Assembly (NCBI GenBank): GCA_036679405.1
Contig: JAVBVZ010000037.1
Location: forward strand, 18,236 to 82,235
Origin: Christensenellaceae bacterium
Lineage (GTDB): Bacteria; Bacillota; Clostridia; Christensenellales; Christensenellaceae
Reading direction: 5' to 3'
DNA: 64,000 bases
The position numbers were made by a program, and so were the translations under genes. The notes beneath the pieces are model-generated. The model worked only from the letters and a program-made list of their open reading frames with translations, made no database searches and was not told the DNA's origin. Shown one piece after another: positions 20,344-29,380 of this stretch (its first letter is position 1; the number at the start of each line of letters is the position of its first letter).

Positions 20344-21475
20344 GCTCTCTTAATTGGCCCAAAACCGCGCTCAGATCACCTTTTGCCGTTTTTTCATCCG
20401 TTTCATACTCGTCCAAAACGGATTGGAGGACATCTTCTTCGGAAACCGGCTGTTCCATCTGCTTCCATATAAAAGCAGCCACTTCGTTTAATACGATCGC
20501 GCCCTCAAAGTTTTTTATATTTCTTCCGGTAGGCATGACTACCCATTCGTCCATTACATTCTTCAAGAGAAATCCTTCCTTGATCTTCATATCTGGCTGC
20601 TCCTTTTCCAATCGATCGATTTCATCATCAAACAATATCCTGCGCATCACCTCGGCGCTTGAGGGATCAGGCAGGCAAAAAAAACGGTAACACGGAACGC
20701 GCCCGGATATCTGCCGGATCGTCTTTAAAACTTCAAACTTGGCCGTATCGTCCCACATTGGAATCAGGCACTGTTGGGCCAACAGCTTAAAGGCCTGTTT
20801 GCTGTTCAGCTTGCGCACAAGATTGCGTTTTCCTCTCCGCACTTCTACGATTGCCGACACGGGATATTCTTTTTGTAAAAAAACCCGTTCCTTGCCGTCC
20901 CAGGGTACGCCGGATGCATATAACGCTTCATCCCGCATATGCAAAAAAGGCCGGTCACCGCTTAACATATCCGCTCCCAAACATTTTTCCCACAAAGCGG
21001 CCTGCGTGCTTTTTCCCGTTCCGGCCGGCGCCGAAAAAAGCACCGCCCGCCCGTTCAGGCATACGCAAGAAGCATGTATCCCCAGCCCATGATCTGCTGC
21101 CATGCGGCATTCCGCGGCCAGCCTCAGCAATTTTATAAAATTTTCCTGTAATACGCCTCTGTTTGAATTCTGTCCCGCCTCAACATATCCTTGCAGTTTC
21201 TCATAGTTATCCGACGCTTCAAGGCTACAGCGGTTTTTCGTATCTGTACTCAAAAAAAGCCATCTTCCCCCACCCAGATCGGCAATTCTGACTCCCATTC
21301 CTTCCGATACATAAGTCGATCCGGTATATTCAGGCAAGATGCCAAAATACAGCTCAAGAAACGCATCACAGCTGTAAGGTATTTTGCTTTTAAAAAAAGA
21401 TAACGGGCTGTCCAGTAAAAAATCACTCTTATCCAACACCCGCAAACAATATCCGGCAAAAAAGAATTTTTGCAT
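20321..21475 (-). CDS. HPr-kinase-like P-loop domain fused to C-terminal PqqD-family (RRE) domain
   Basis: HASCVCLNGRAVLFSAPAGTGKSTQAALW is an HprK C-domain-like P-loop. The last ~90 aa, IVLNEVAAFIWKQMEQPVSEEDVLQSVLDEYETDEKTAKGDLSAVLGQLRELEIL, are PqqD-like. Confidence 0.7.
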   Translation of the reverse strand: MQKFFFAGYCLRVLDKSDFLLDSPLSFFKSKIPYSCDAFLELYFGILPEYTGSTYVSEGMGVRIADLGGGRWLFLSTDTKNRCSLEASDNYEKLQGYVEAGQNSNRGVLQENFIKLLRLAAECRMAADHGLGIHASCVCLNGRAVLFSAPAGTGKSTQAALWEKCLGADMLSGDRPFLHMRDEALYASGVPWDGKERVFLQKEYPVSAIVEVRRGKRNLVRKLNSKQAFKLLAQQCLIPMWDDTAKFEVLKTIRQISGRVPCYRFFCLPDPSSAEVMRRILFDDEIDRLEKEQPDMKIKEGFLLKNVMDEWVVMPTGRNIKNFEGAIVLNEVAAFIWKQMEQPVSEEDVLQSVLDEYETDEKTAKGDLSAVLGQLRELEILQES

Positions 21476-21610
21476 TATATATGTTATGTACCTTCCCTTT
21501 CGTCAGCAAAATACCATATTTTATCCAAAGCGCATTATAAAATAATTATGAAGAACTGTAAATATGATTTTGTTTAAATCACTATTCTTTTGCCTTAAAT
21601 GTACGAAATG

Positions 21611-22066
21611 TTATTTGTGCCGCACCGACCTGCCCAACCGCTTTGCAAAAACCAAAATCTTCAGGATATGCTTTTTTATAAAAGATTTAAAATGATAAAG
21701 AGGCGTAACACGAAAAATCTTATTTTTCCGCCGGACCTGCCGGGCGATTCCAATGATATCGGATGTCAAAAAAGGCCCTTCGCATGTTTTTTGTGCATCT
21801 CCCCGGTAATACAAAAAATCGCTGCGGCACTTCACCACCCTATGCAGCAGGCAGTGTTCTCCCGCCTGCGTCAGAAGGATGTCTCCTTTTACAGGTTTAC
21901 GCTCCAATGGAACAATAAATACGCTGTCGCGCATATCCCGCAACGTCGGTGCCATGCTTTCGCCCGTTACAGTAAGCCAAAACCCCTGCCGGGCGGCAAT
22001 TTTTTCCCGCATTTGCGGTACAAGTACTTTTGGATCTCCAATATGAACCATACAATCCCATTCCAC
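21611..22066 (-). CDS. S24/S26-family (signal-peptidase-I-like) serine peptidase
   Basis: TVTGESMAPTL (GxSMxPT nucleophile box) and LLHRVV box. First gene of the operon. Confidence 0.65.
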   Translation of the reverse strand: MEWDCMVHIGDPKVLVPQMREKIAARQGFWLTVTGESMAPTLRDMRDSVFIVPLERKPVKGDILLTQAGEHCLLHRVVKCRSDFLYYRGDAQKTCEGPFLTSDIIGIARQVRRKNKIFRVTPLYHFKSFIKKHILKILVFAKRLGRSVRHK

Positions 22067-22209
22067 TTACAGCAAATCTCTTTTCCTTTGCTATTTTAGC
22101 ATGCTCCGCGCCGTTCGAACAGGCTTTCGCTGTTTAAAAATAAATTAAAAGGGGACGCTTTACACTGATTCTAGGCATCCCCCTTCATCTTAAAAAATTA
22201 TTTGTCCTC

Positions 22210-23058
22210 TTACTCTGCAATTACTTTTCTGAGCCAGGCCACACTGTTTGCAATGTTTTCATCGCTGCCGTTGCATTCAATGGAAACATCTCCCTCCCAG
22301 CCAGTTTCTTTCCAGTAATGAATGCAATCACGTATATTCTCCGCATTCACGCCCTGCCCTATGTAGACCGGCGAACAGGGAATTCCCGTTTCCTCGCCGC
22401 GAACAGCCGCAGCGAGGCCTGCGTCAACATCTTTTATATGAGAAGAAACAACATATTTTCCCAGGAACTTGAGGTATTCAAGCGGCGTATGTCCCTGTAT
22501 GAACGTATTTCCCGTATCAAAATTCACGCGCAGATATTCGCTTTCAAAATGCTTCATCAGTCTCATCATAAATTCAGGATCGCCGGTATACGGCCCATGC
22601 GGTTCCACGCAAACGATAATGTTATAATCCTCAGCCCATTTGAGTATCTCGGTATAATTCATCACCGTGATTTTATAAACTTCGTCCCGCGGGATATCCA
22701 GTTCTTTCCCCGAATCCGTGCTGTCCACTTTGGGGCAGCCCAGATCATGCGCAAACCGGATTGACTGGCAGCAATACTGAACCCCGTAAAAAGCACCGCG
22801 CGGTCCCATCATAGGATAAGACCCGTCTACCATTGAAATACGGACACCGGCTTTTTCAAGCATCCGGCGAATCTCCATTGGATTCTGTTCGGTAGAGAGG
22901 CTGGGTTCGTACCCCATTGCACTGATAAAATAATTTCCGTGGATCATTCCCGCCTCAATATGCTCCAATTTATGAAGCACAGCGGAAGCCAGTGCCTGAT
23001 CAAACCCTCCCGACCGCTCTCTCCAGTTATCCGCATGCATGCCAAGATGAATTGCCAT
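22210..23058 (-). CDS. sugar phosphate isomerase/epimerase (xylose isomerase-like TIM barrel)
   Basis: 282 aa, with VEPHGPYTGDP...NFDTGN...HIKD pattern of AP-endonuclease-2/TIM-barrel family. Confidence 0.7.
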   Translation of the reverse strand: MAIHLGMHADNWRERSGGFDQALASAVLHKLEHIEAGMIHGNYFISAMGYEPSLSTEQNPMEIRRMLEKAGVRISMVDGSYPMMGPRGAFYGVQYCCQSIRFAHDLGCPKVDSTDSGKELDIPRDEVYKITVMNYTEILKWAEDYNIIVCVEPHGPYTGDPEFMMRLMKHFESEYLRVNFDTGNTFIQGHTPLEYLKFLGKYVVSSHIKDVDAGLAAAVRGEETGIPCSPVYIGQGVNAENIRDCIHYWKETGWEGDVSIECNGSDENIANSVAWLRKVIAE

Positions 23059-23267
23059 TTTTCATTCCTCCTTATTTTATTTTATTAAATGGATATATAA
23101 TCGCTTAACCGTTTAAGTTGTTTATATTTAAAATTCGACAGCTTTTGTAAAATTCCTTTTTTTCTAAAAAAATACCGGGAAGGCTTGCCGGGCTTCCCTG
23201 TTCTCTTGGCCATATTATTGTAAACGGCCCATAAATGTTCTATACTTAAAAAAAGGGGGCGATTTTA

Positions 23268-23612
23268 TTGAAAGTAGCAAAAAACGAACAAATAGACCAG
23301 GTCCGCGAGCACATGAGGGACGGAGACGGTTGCGCCGTTCTGCACCATATTCTCGTGGAAGACGCCCTGCCCGGCAACTGCAGGCTTTTTTCCCGAATCA
23401 CGCTTATGCCGGGATGCTCCATCGGAGAACACGAGCATATGGATGAAACGGAAATATTTTATATCCTTTCCGGCCGTGCACAAATGACAGACAACGGAAA
23501 ACCGATCGAGCTTGAAGCCGGCGATTCCTGCCTGACAACAAAGGGCAGCCATTCTATCCGCTGCCTGGGCGAAGAACCGCTGGAAATTCTTGCGGTGATC
23601 ATAAGAGGCTGA
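23268..23612 (+). CDS. cupin domain protein
   Basis: 114 aa, TTG start. GCSIGEHEHMDETEIFYILSGRA is a cupin motif 1-like G-x5-H-x-H-x3-E. Confidence 0.7.
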   Translation: MKVAKNEQIDQVREHMRDGDGCAVLHHILVEDALPGNCRLFSRITLMPGCSIGEHEHMDETEIFYILSGRAQMTDNGKPIELEAGDSCLTTKGSHSIRCLGEEPLEILAVIIRG

Positions 23613-23615
23613 AAA

Positions 23616-24269
23616 ATGCTGAACGAATTCATATCAGGCCTCGGAATCCAGCACTACGGCATGGCAAAAATTCCGGCGGAATACCGGCCGTTTAAACATC
23701 TTCCCTATGCCGTCAGCCTGGGGATCCCGCTTTCCAAAACAGTAGTTTCTTCTATCCGCAGCGGGCCTACCCATACCTATTTCCATCATTACCGTACAAC
23801 CAATGCATATTTGGATAACGCGGCAATCCGGCTGATGCTTTTTATAGAAAATCAGGGCTACAACGCCGTATACGTACCAGCCTCCCAAACAGTCGATCAA
23901 ACAGGCATCCGGGGGCTTTTTTCGCACAAAATGGCAGCTACCCTGGCAGGCCTTGGGGGGATCGGTCAAAATGCGCTTTTCCTTTCAAACGAATACGGCC
24001 CGGCCCTCCGCCTTTCCACCGTCCTGACCGATTATCCGCTTCAAACCGGTTTTATGGAAATAAACCCCTGCACAAACTGCGGAATCTGTGTCAAAGCATG
24101 CCCCTCCGGCGCGCTCACCGGCACACAATGGTATCCCGGTATTGCACGCGAAGAGCTTGTAGACGCCCGCAAATGCAGCGTCTATATGAAAAAGGCCTAC
24201 CAAACCATCGGCCGCGGCGCTGTATGCGGCATCTGCATGGCGGTATGCCCTCTGTGTAAAACCTGCTGA
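23616..24269 (+). CDS. 4Fe-4S dicluster protein, epoxyqueuosine-reductase-like
   Basis: CTNCGICVKACP and CGICMAVCP ferredoxin-type motifs. The N-terminal region resembles QueG-type reductases. Confidence 0.5.
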   Translation: MLNEFISGLGIQHYGMAKIPAEYRPFKHLPYAVSLGIPLSKTVVSSIRSGPTHTYFHHYRTTNAYLDNAAIRLMLFIENQGYNAVYVPASQTVDQTGIRGLFSHKMAATLAGLGGIGQNALFLSNEYGPALRLSTVLTDYPLQTGFMEINPCTNCGICVKACPSGALTGTQWYPGIAREELVDARKCSVYMKKAYQTIGRGAVCGICMAVCPLCKTC

Positions 24270-24283
24270 GTTTGTGATCTTGC

Positions 24284-24541
24284 TTATTCTTCCTGCAAAA
24301 CCTCCATTGCATGGTCGTAATCTTTTTTATTTACATATACATAATACAAATTCATATATTCGGTCCGCTTATCCATGTCGTTGACCATAGACCTGGAAAA
24401 ACTGGTCGCGCCGCCCATACCAAACCGGCTCATGGCACGGATATCATAAGGGATATGTGCGGCCGCAAGCTTTTTGCGCACCTCTGTATATTCTTTTACC
24501 GAAGGTCCCATAAACACTTCTTTGCGTTTAAAAAACAGCAT
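24284..24541 (-). CDS. small hypothetical protein
   Basis: 85-aa ORF (alternative ATG at 24511). No family recognised. Confidence 0.4.
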   Translation of the reverse strand: MLFFKRKEVFMGPSVKEYTEVRKKLAAAHIPYDIRAMSRFGMGGATSFSRSMVNDMDKRTEYMNLYYVYVNKKDYDHAMEVLQEE

Positions 24542-24721
24542 CGTGTACCCTTTCTTGGCATATACATAAATTTTTTAAGTTGTCTGCCCGGATATATTTA
24601 TCATAATATATAATGGTGTTTTTTGCAATTCTTCTGTATAAGCGCCTCTATTTTCAGGATGGCTGCAAAAAAACCGTTTCTGCCCTGTGCTTCATTTTTG
24701 CAACGTTCACGTTAGTTCGCG

Positions 24722-24750
24722 TTGCATTTTTGGACCAAAAGTAGTATGAT
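24722..24750 (+). promoter_or_regulatory. candidate sigma-A promoter upstream of dinB
   Basis: TTGCAT-17 nt-TATGAT. The -35 sits inside inverted repeat TGCAACG..CGTTGCA, and the -10 sits inside near-palindrome GTAGTATGATTATACTAC. Confidence 0.35.
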
Positions 24751-24892
24751 TATACTACGGAAGAAACAATTACGCCGGATTAAAAACCCGTCCCCCGGTT
24801 TTTTCAAACACGGCGCTTATTCTGCCCGGTATTTTTGCAAGATGCCGGGATGCTGTAAACAATATATATAAATACCTGCCAAAGCAAATGAT

Positions 24893-26149
24893 ATGAAAAA
24901 CAATCCTGCCCCAAAAGAACGAATCATATTTCATATAGACTGCAACGCCTTTTATGCCAGTGTGGAAGAAGTCTCCCATCCTGAATTTAAAAAGGTTCCC
25001 ATGGCCATCTGCGGGGATCCCGAAAGCCGCCGCGGAATCATACTCGCAAAAAATCAGATTGCAAAAAACTTTGGCGTCAAGACGGCCGAAACAATCTGGC
25101 AGGCGAAAAAAAAATGCCCTTCCCTGGTTTTAAGGCCCGCAAGGCACCATGTATACCGGCAATACTGTGAACAGATTAATGCTATCTATGAGCAATATAC
25201 CGACAGAGTGGAACGTTTCGGTATAGATGAAAGCTATCTTGACCTGACCGAAAGCCTTCATCTGTTTGGAGGCGATGCTTTAAAGCTCGCCCATGATATC
25301 CGCATGCGCGTTGCGCGCGAAACCGGCATCACTGTCTCTGTGGGCGTCTCTTTCAATAAAATATTTGCCAAATTGGCCAGCGACATGAAAAAGCCCAATG
25401 CGGTAACCCTTATTTCACACGACAACTATAGAAAGGTCGCCTGGCCGCTGCCTTCCTCCGCTCTTTTAATGGTTGGAAAATCTACCGAAAAAGCTTTGCA
25501 GAATATGTATATCCATACCATAGGCGACCTTGCCCACGCCCATCCCGCCGCTCTTAAGAAACGTCTTGGAAAATCCGGCGAGCTCCTCCATATATATGCC
25601 AACGGACTGGATGACAGCCGTGTCCTTTGCATAGGCGATTCGCTACCTCCCCATTCCGTCGGCAACGGGATCACGTTCAGGCGGGATCTGGTTTCCGCCA
25701 AAGACATCCAAACGGCGTTGACCGCGCTTGCAGACAGGGTTGCTTCCCGTTTGCGCAAAGCCAATATGAAATGTGCAACGCTGCAACTCACTATTAAAGA
25801 TACCAATCTCAAGGTTATAACCCGGCAAAGGCCTGCCCCTTTTCCCCTTTGGTTGTCTTCAGATATCGCAGCGGAAGCCTTTGAAATCCTGCAATCTTCC
25901 TGGAAGATCGGCGTTCCGATACGCATGATGGCCGTGACCGGGCAAAACCTTATTCCTTCGGGCGAAGCTAAAGAACAGCTTTCTTTTTTTCTTCAGGACG
26001 AGCAAATGAAAAGCCGCAATAAACGGGAAAAAATAGAACAAACGGTCGATCATATCCGTGATCTTTTCGGCAGCGGCAGCATCCTGCCCGGAAGCATCCT
26101 TCAAAACGGACTGGGCATCTATGAAAAGCATGAAAAAGAAGATGAATGA
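24893..26149 (+). CDS. dinB: DNA polymerase IV (Y-family)
   Basis: IFHIDCNAFYASVEE, GIDESYLDLT, SVGVSFNKIFAKLASD. Confidence 0.9.
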   Translation: MKNNPAPKERIIFHIDCNAFYASVEEVSHPEFKKVPMAICGDPESRRGIILAKNQIAKNFGVKTAETIWQAKKKCPSLVLRPARHHVYRQYCEQINAIYEQYTDRVERFGIDESYLDLTESLHLFGGDALKLAHDIRMRVARETGITVSVGVSFNKIFAKLASDMKKPNAVTLISHDNYRKVAWPLPSSALLMVGKSTEKALQNMYIHTIGDLAHAHPAALKKRLGKSGELLHIYANGLDDSRVLCIGDSLPPHSVGNGITFRRDLVSAKDIQTALTALADRVASRLRKANMKCATLQLTIKDTNLKVITRQRPAPFPLWLSSDIAAEAFEILQSSWKIGVPIRMMAVTGQNLIPSGEAKEQLSFFLQDEQMKSRNKREKIEQTVDHIRDLFGSGSILPGSILQNGLGIYEKHEKEDE

Positions 26150-26539
26150 ACAATCCCGAAAAAAGGCGGCTTCTTTGAAACGCGCAACGCATATAAAGCC
26201 ACACCTCCAAGATTTTCTTAGCTTCTCGGATACGCTTGGCCCTTTGCATTGCTTCTTTGGACGGCTTGTAGTATAGTAGGTGAATAAGGGAGCCGTATGC
26301 TCCCTTTTCGAAGCAGATACGGCGGTTCCGGTTGCGGACTTTCTTGATTCGGTATCGGATTTCTCCCCTGCTTCTTTTGATAAGCAAAAGGCGCCTTGGG
26401 TGCCTTTTGCGCTTGTGCGCTCCCTCTTTTCTCCCGGTCCGGCAGCGCATGCAGGGCTTTTATTAAATTGATATAGGATTCGCGGGAAAAATATGTTATT
26501 CTTTAAATATATAAACTTTATAAATTATTGGAGAAATAT

Positions 26540-27535
26540 ATGAGCAGACAAATAAAACGCAAAAGAGGTTCCGCAGCGCTTGCGGTCATATCCATTGTTC
26601 TCATCATCGGGTTGAGCGTTTTTTCAGTTTCGCAGGTTTTAAGGGCAGGCGCCCTTTCCAAAGACCTAGAACAGACGCAGGCCGACAGCGAACAAATAAA
26701 AACCGATCTTGCCGCCCTGCAAAGTCAGAACGATACTCTTAAGAGCGACAATGATTCACTTAAAAGCCAGCTTCAGTCCCTGCAGGATGCATACAGTGAA
26801 CTTGAAAATCAATCGTCTGCCAGCCAGACCTCCGTACAGGATGACACTGCAGGCAGCGACACAGGCAGCGGCAACAGCGGAGAAAAGGTCGCCTACCTCA
26901 CATTTGACGACGGCCCTTCAAAAGTTACTTCCGATCTGCTAAGCGTACTGGATGATCTGGACGTAAAAGCAACCTTCTTCGTCTCCTTTGCAGGTTCGGA
27001 CTCAGCTGAAAAAAGAGCCCTTTTGAAACAGGAATCCGACGCCGGACACGTAGTCGGCGTACACACATGGACGCATGATTATTATACGATCTATGCAAAC
27101 GAAGAAAATTTTCTTGAAGACTTCAACAAAATGAAAGAAGTAATTACGGAATCCACCGGAAAAACGCCTAACGTCTGCAGATTTCCGGGGGGCGCAAGCA
27201 ACACCGTTTCCATTACCGCTTCGGGCGGAGAAATCATCATGCCCCAGCTTGCCAAACTTGTCCAGGATATGGGCTTCCAGTTTTTTGACTGGAACGCAGG
27301 CGGCTATGATGCCGAGAAACCTTATCCCACAGCAAGCGAACTCGCTTCCAAGGTGATCAACGACGCGGAAGGCCGGGATACGGTGGTCATTTTGCTGCAC
27401 GACACACACGATTTTACCGTAGATGCTGTACCGGAGATCGTAAACGAGCTTCGCAGCCAGGGATATACCTTTAAAACGCTGACGCCCGACTCGCCTGCGG
27501 TCCAGCAGGCCTTTGCGCAGGGTAAAAATAGCTGA
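26540..27535 (+). CDS. polysaccharide deacetylase (NodB homology) with N-terminal TM and coiled coil
   Basis: YLTFDDGPS...ATFFV...HVVGVHTWTHD. ATG at 26540 follows GGAG; the track lists a TTG at 26528. Confidence 0.8.
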   Translation: MSRQIKRKRGSAALAVISIVLIIGLSVFSVSQVLRAGALSKDLEQTQADSEQIKTDLAALQSQNDTLKSDNDSLKSQLQSLQDAYSELENQSSASQTSVQDDTAGSDTGSGNSGEKVAYLTFDDGPSKVTSDLLSVLDDLDVKATFFVSFAGSDSAEKRALLKQESDAGHVVGVHTWTHDYYTIYANEENFLEDFNKMKEVITESTGKTPNVCRFPGGASNTVSITASGGEIIMPQLAKLVQDMGFQFFDWNAGGYDAEKPYPTASELASKVINDAEGRDTVVILLHDTHDFTVDAVPEIVNELRSQGYTFKTLTPDSPAVQQAFAQGKNS

Positions 27536-27678
27536 CAACGTTTTGCTTTCCATGTACCTAAAAGCCTCTTTGAGGCTTTTTTGTTTTTTCCGGCACTTTA
27601 AGTTTCTGATTAAGCCATATACATCCGGTTTATATTTAGTTAAATGTTGATTCAACAAATAAAGAAACGGAGAAAAGC

Positions 27679-27948
27679 ATGAAAGACATAACCTATTTCA
27701 GGCTGTCCCTCTGCCCGTACTGCAGAAGGGCGGAAAAATATATAAAAGAACTTAAGCAGGAAAATCCGCAATACGCAGACATCCATATCAATATGATAGA
27801 TGAAAATAAAAACCGGCATATTTCCGACAAATACGATTACTGGTATGTCCCCTGTTTTTATCTGGGAGGCAAAAAATTGCATGAGGGCGCCGCGTCCAAA
27901 GAAAACATCAAACAGGTGCTGGATGCTGCGCTGCGTTCCGCATGTTGA
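27679..27948 (+). CDS. glutaredoxin/thioredoxin-fold small protein
   Basis: 89 aa with a CPYC active-site motif near the N-terminus. Confidence 0.65.
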   Translation: MKDITYFRLSLCPYCRRAEKYIKELKQENPQYADIHINMIDENKNRHISDKYDYWYVPCFYLGGKKLHEGAASKENIKQVLDAALRSAC

Positions 27949-27982
27949 GCAGGCCTGCCAGATAAAATGGTTCCGTCAACTT

Positions 27983-28019
27983 AAAAGGCCCTGTCACTAA
28001 AGTGACATGGCCTTTTTTT
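27983..28019. terminator. bidirectional terminator
   Basis: A-run, stem GGCCcTGTCAC/GTGACAtGGCC, then 7 T. Confidence 0.7.
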
Positions 28020-28032
28020 GCTGGTCGGGGTG
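28015..28032. repeat. 18-bp direct repeat copy 1 (attL-like): duplicate of the tRNA-Pro 3' end plus 7 nt
   Basis: TTTTTGCTGGTCGGGGTG is identical to 29688-29705. Confidence 0.75.
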
Positions 28033-28157
28033 GTGATACAGGCTTTATCGCAGAAACCCAATGAAATTAATGGTTTTGAGCAGTTAATAGGCAGTATTTA
28101 TAAATATTTTTTAACCAAGAAGATAATGGAACGGTTTAAGCGCCATCCCCTTGTCGT

Positions 28158-28994
28158 TTAATCTTGTTTTTGTTTGTTTTGCCTTTTCTTTTTTACCTTA
28201 ATAAAAATAATTACGATAACAACAATTATTATTGGGATAGTCAAAAATCCTAATAGTTCAAAAAAATTGCCCAATACAGCTACTCCATTACTTCCCATAT
28301 TATCTTCCATTATCCTTAATTTCTCAGCAGGGATTTTCTTAACTTCATCAAAATGAATACTATCAATTATATTTTTCATTATTGTGCGTTGATTATCTGT
28401 TATAGGGGCTCCAATACTACTTAAATCAATTGCAACCATGTTTCCATTTATTATTGTTATATATCTTAATAAATTGTATTGTTGTCCTTGATTCTCCATA
28501 GAACCATCAACCTGAAAGAACAATGCTTGGGGATGTTCATAAATCGTATAAGATGTATATTCCACAGGAATATCTTGAGCTGCGCCGCCATCTTTAAAAG
28601 ATTGAAAAATAGTATCGGTCTCATCTGAAAAAATTTTATTTATTTCTGAATACTTGTCTCTAACTTGCTTTAAATCATATACGTCAGTCGTATCTACGCC
28701 TTGACTAAAACCAACTTCTGCAAATGTATCCCCTTTCAAGATAACATCTAAATAAGCATTTTTTTGTATAAATATTTGCCTTAATGTATCGCCATCAACG
28801 CCCAAGAGAGCTAAGTTAGGGTCATTAATATCAATATTTCTTGTAAAAACAATACTATCATCCGGTATTGATACTGACAGTCCCATCTCCTTAATAGTAT
28901 ATATATTAGAATCGAAGTCAGAAGCTAATGCTTTTGTGTTATTGAATATGAATAATATACTCATTAGGATTACTATTATTGACAATTTTTTCAT
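28158..28994 (-). CDS. hypothetical secreted protein with C-terminal TM anchor
   Basis: Signal peptide (..NNTKALA|SD), C-terminal TM IPIIIVVIVIIFI and a basic tail. Very AT-rich codons. No family recognised. Confidence 0.6.
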   Translation of the reverse strand: MKKLSIIVILMSILFIFNNTKALASDFDSNIYTIKEMGLSVSIPDDSIVFTRNIDINDPNLALLGVDGDTLRQIFIQKNAYLDVILKGDTFAEVGFSQGVDTTDVYDLKQVRDKYSEINKIFSDETDTIFQSFKDGGAAQDIPVEYTSYTIYEHPQALFFQVDGSMENQGQQYNLLRYITIINGNMVAIDLSSIGAPITDNQRTIMKNIIDSIHFDEVKKIPAEKLRIMEDNMGSNGVAVLGNFFELLGFLTIPIIIVVIVIIFIKVKKKRQNKQKQD

Positions 28995-29380
28995 AATAAT
29001 ACCTCCGGAAAAGACACGGGACGGTTCATTTGGCTTATCCGTTTCTCGTTCCTCTCACTGTTAAAAATCCTTAACACATACATTATATCACAATTGTTAA
29101 AACATGAAAATTTAGCCAATAAAAAACATTGTTGAAAAATAAAGCGAATCCTTTTTCCCCGCTCTCAAGCCATTAAAAAAACTCAGCCATCACTGACCTG
29201 GTCGGCGTAAAGTGATAGGACTTAGAGAAATCCAGTCATACCAATAATTTGAAGGTGGTCAGCAAGCAATATTTATACAGGAAAACAAGTATGCCCATCG
29301 TATTTAAGAACATTTCTTGAAACGGAATAAAAAAAGTGCGCTCATTTGAACGCCCCTTGCTGTTGAATACTTCGATTTTG

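Noticed and set aside
15721-22066. Considered calling this a lasso-peptide cluster because of the YxxPxL leader, PqqD domain, HPr-kinase-like domain and PF14907-like gene
   Set aside because: No Asn-synthetase-like lasso cyclase and no transglutaminase-like B2 protease exist anywhere in the window. A radical SAM/SPASM enzyme is present instead, so it is reported as a hybrid or unknown class.
24700-24760. LexA (Cheo) box CGAAC-N4-GTTCG upstream of dinB
   Set aside because: Only direct GTTC repeats are present and there is no inverted GAAC...GTTC pair, so no LexA operator is claimed.
25968-26450. Arg/Lys-rich 160-aa minus-strand ORF, considered as a transposase or integrase remnant downstream of dinB
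   Set aside because: It overlaps the dinB 3' end antisense. It has no DDE, HUH or Tyr-recombinase motif and no inverted repeats, so the basic composition is probably a frame artefact.
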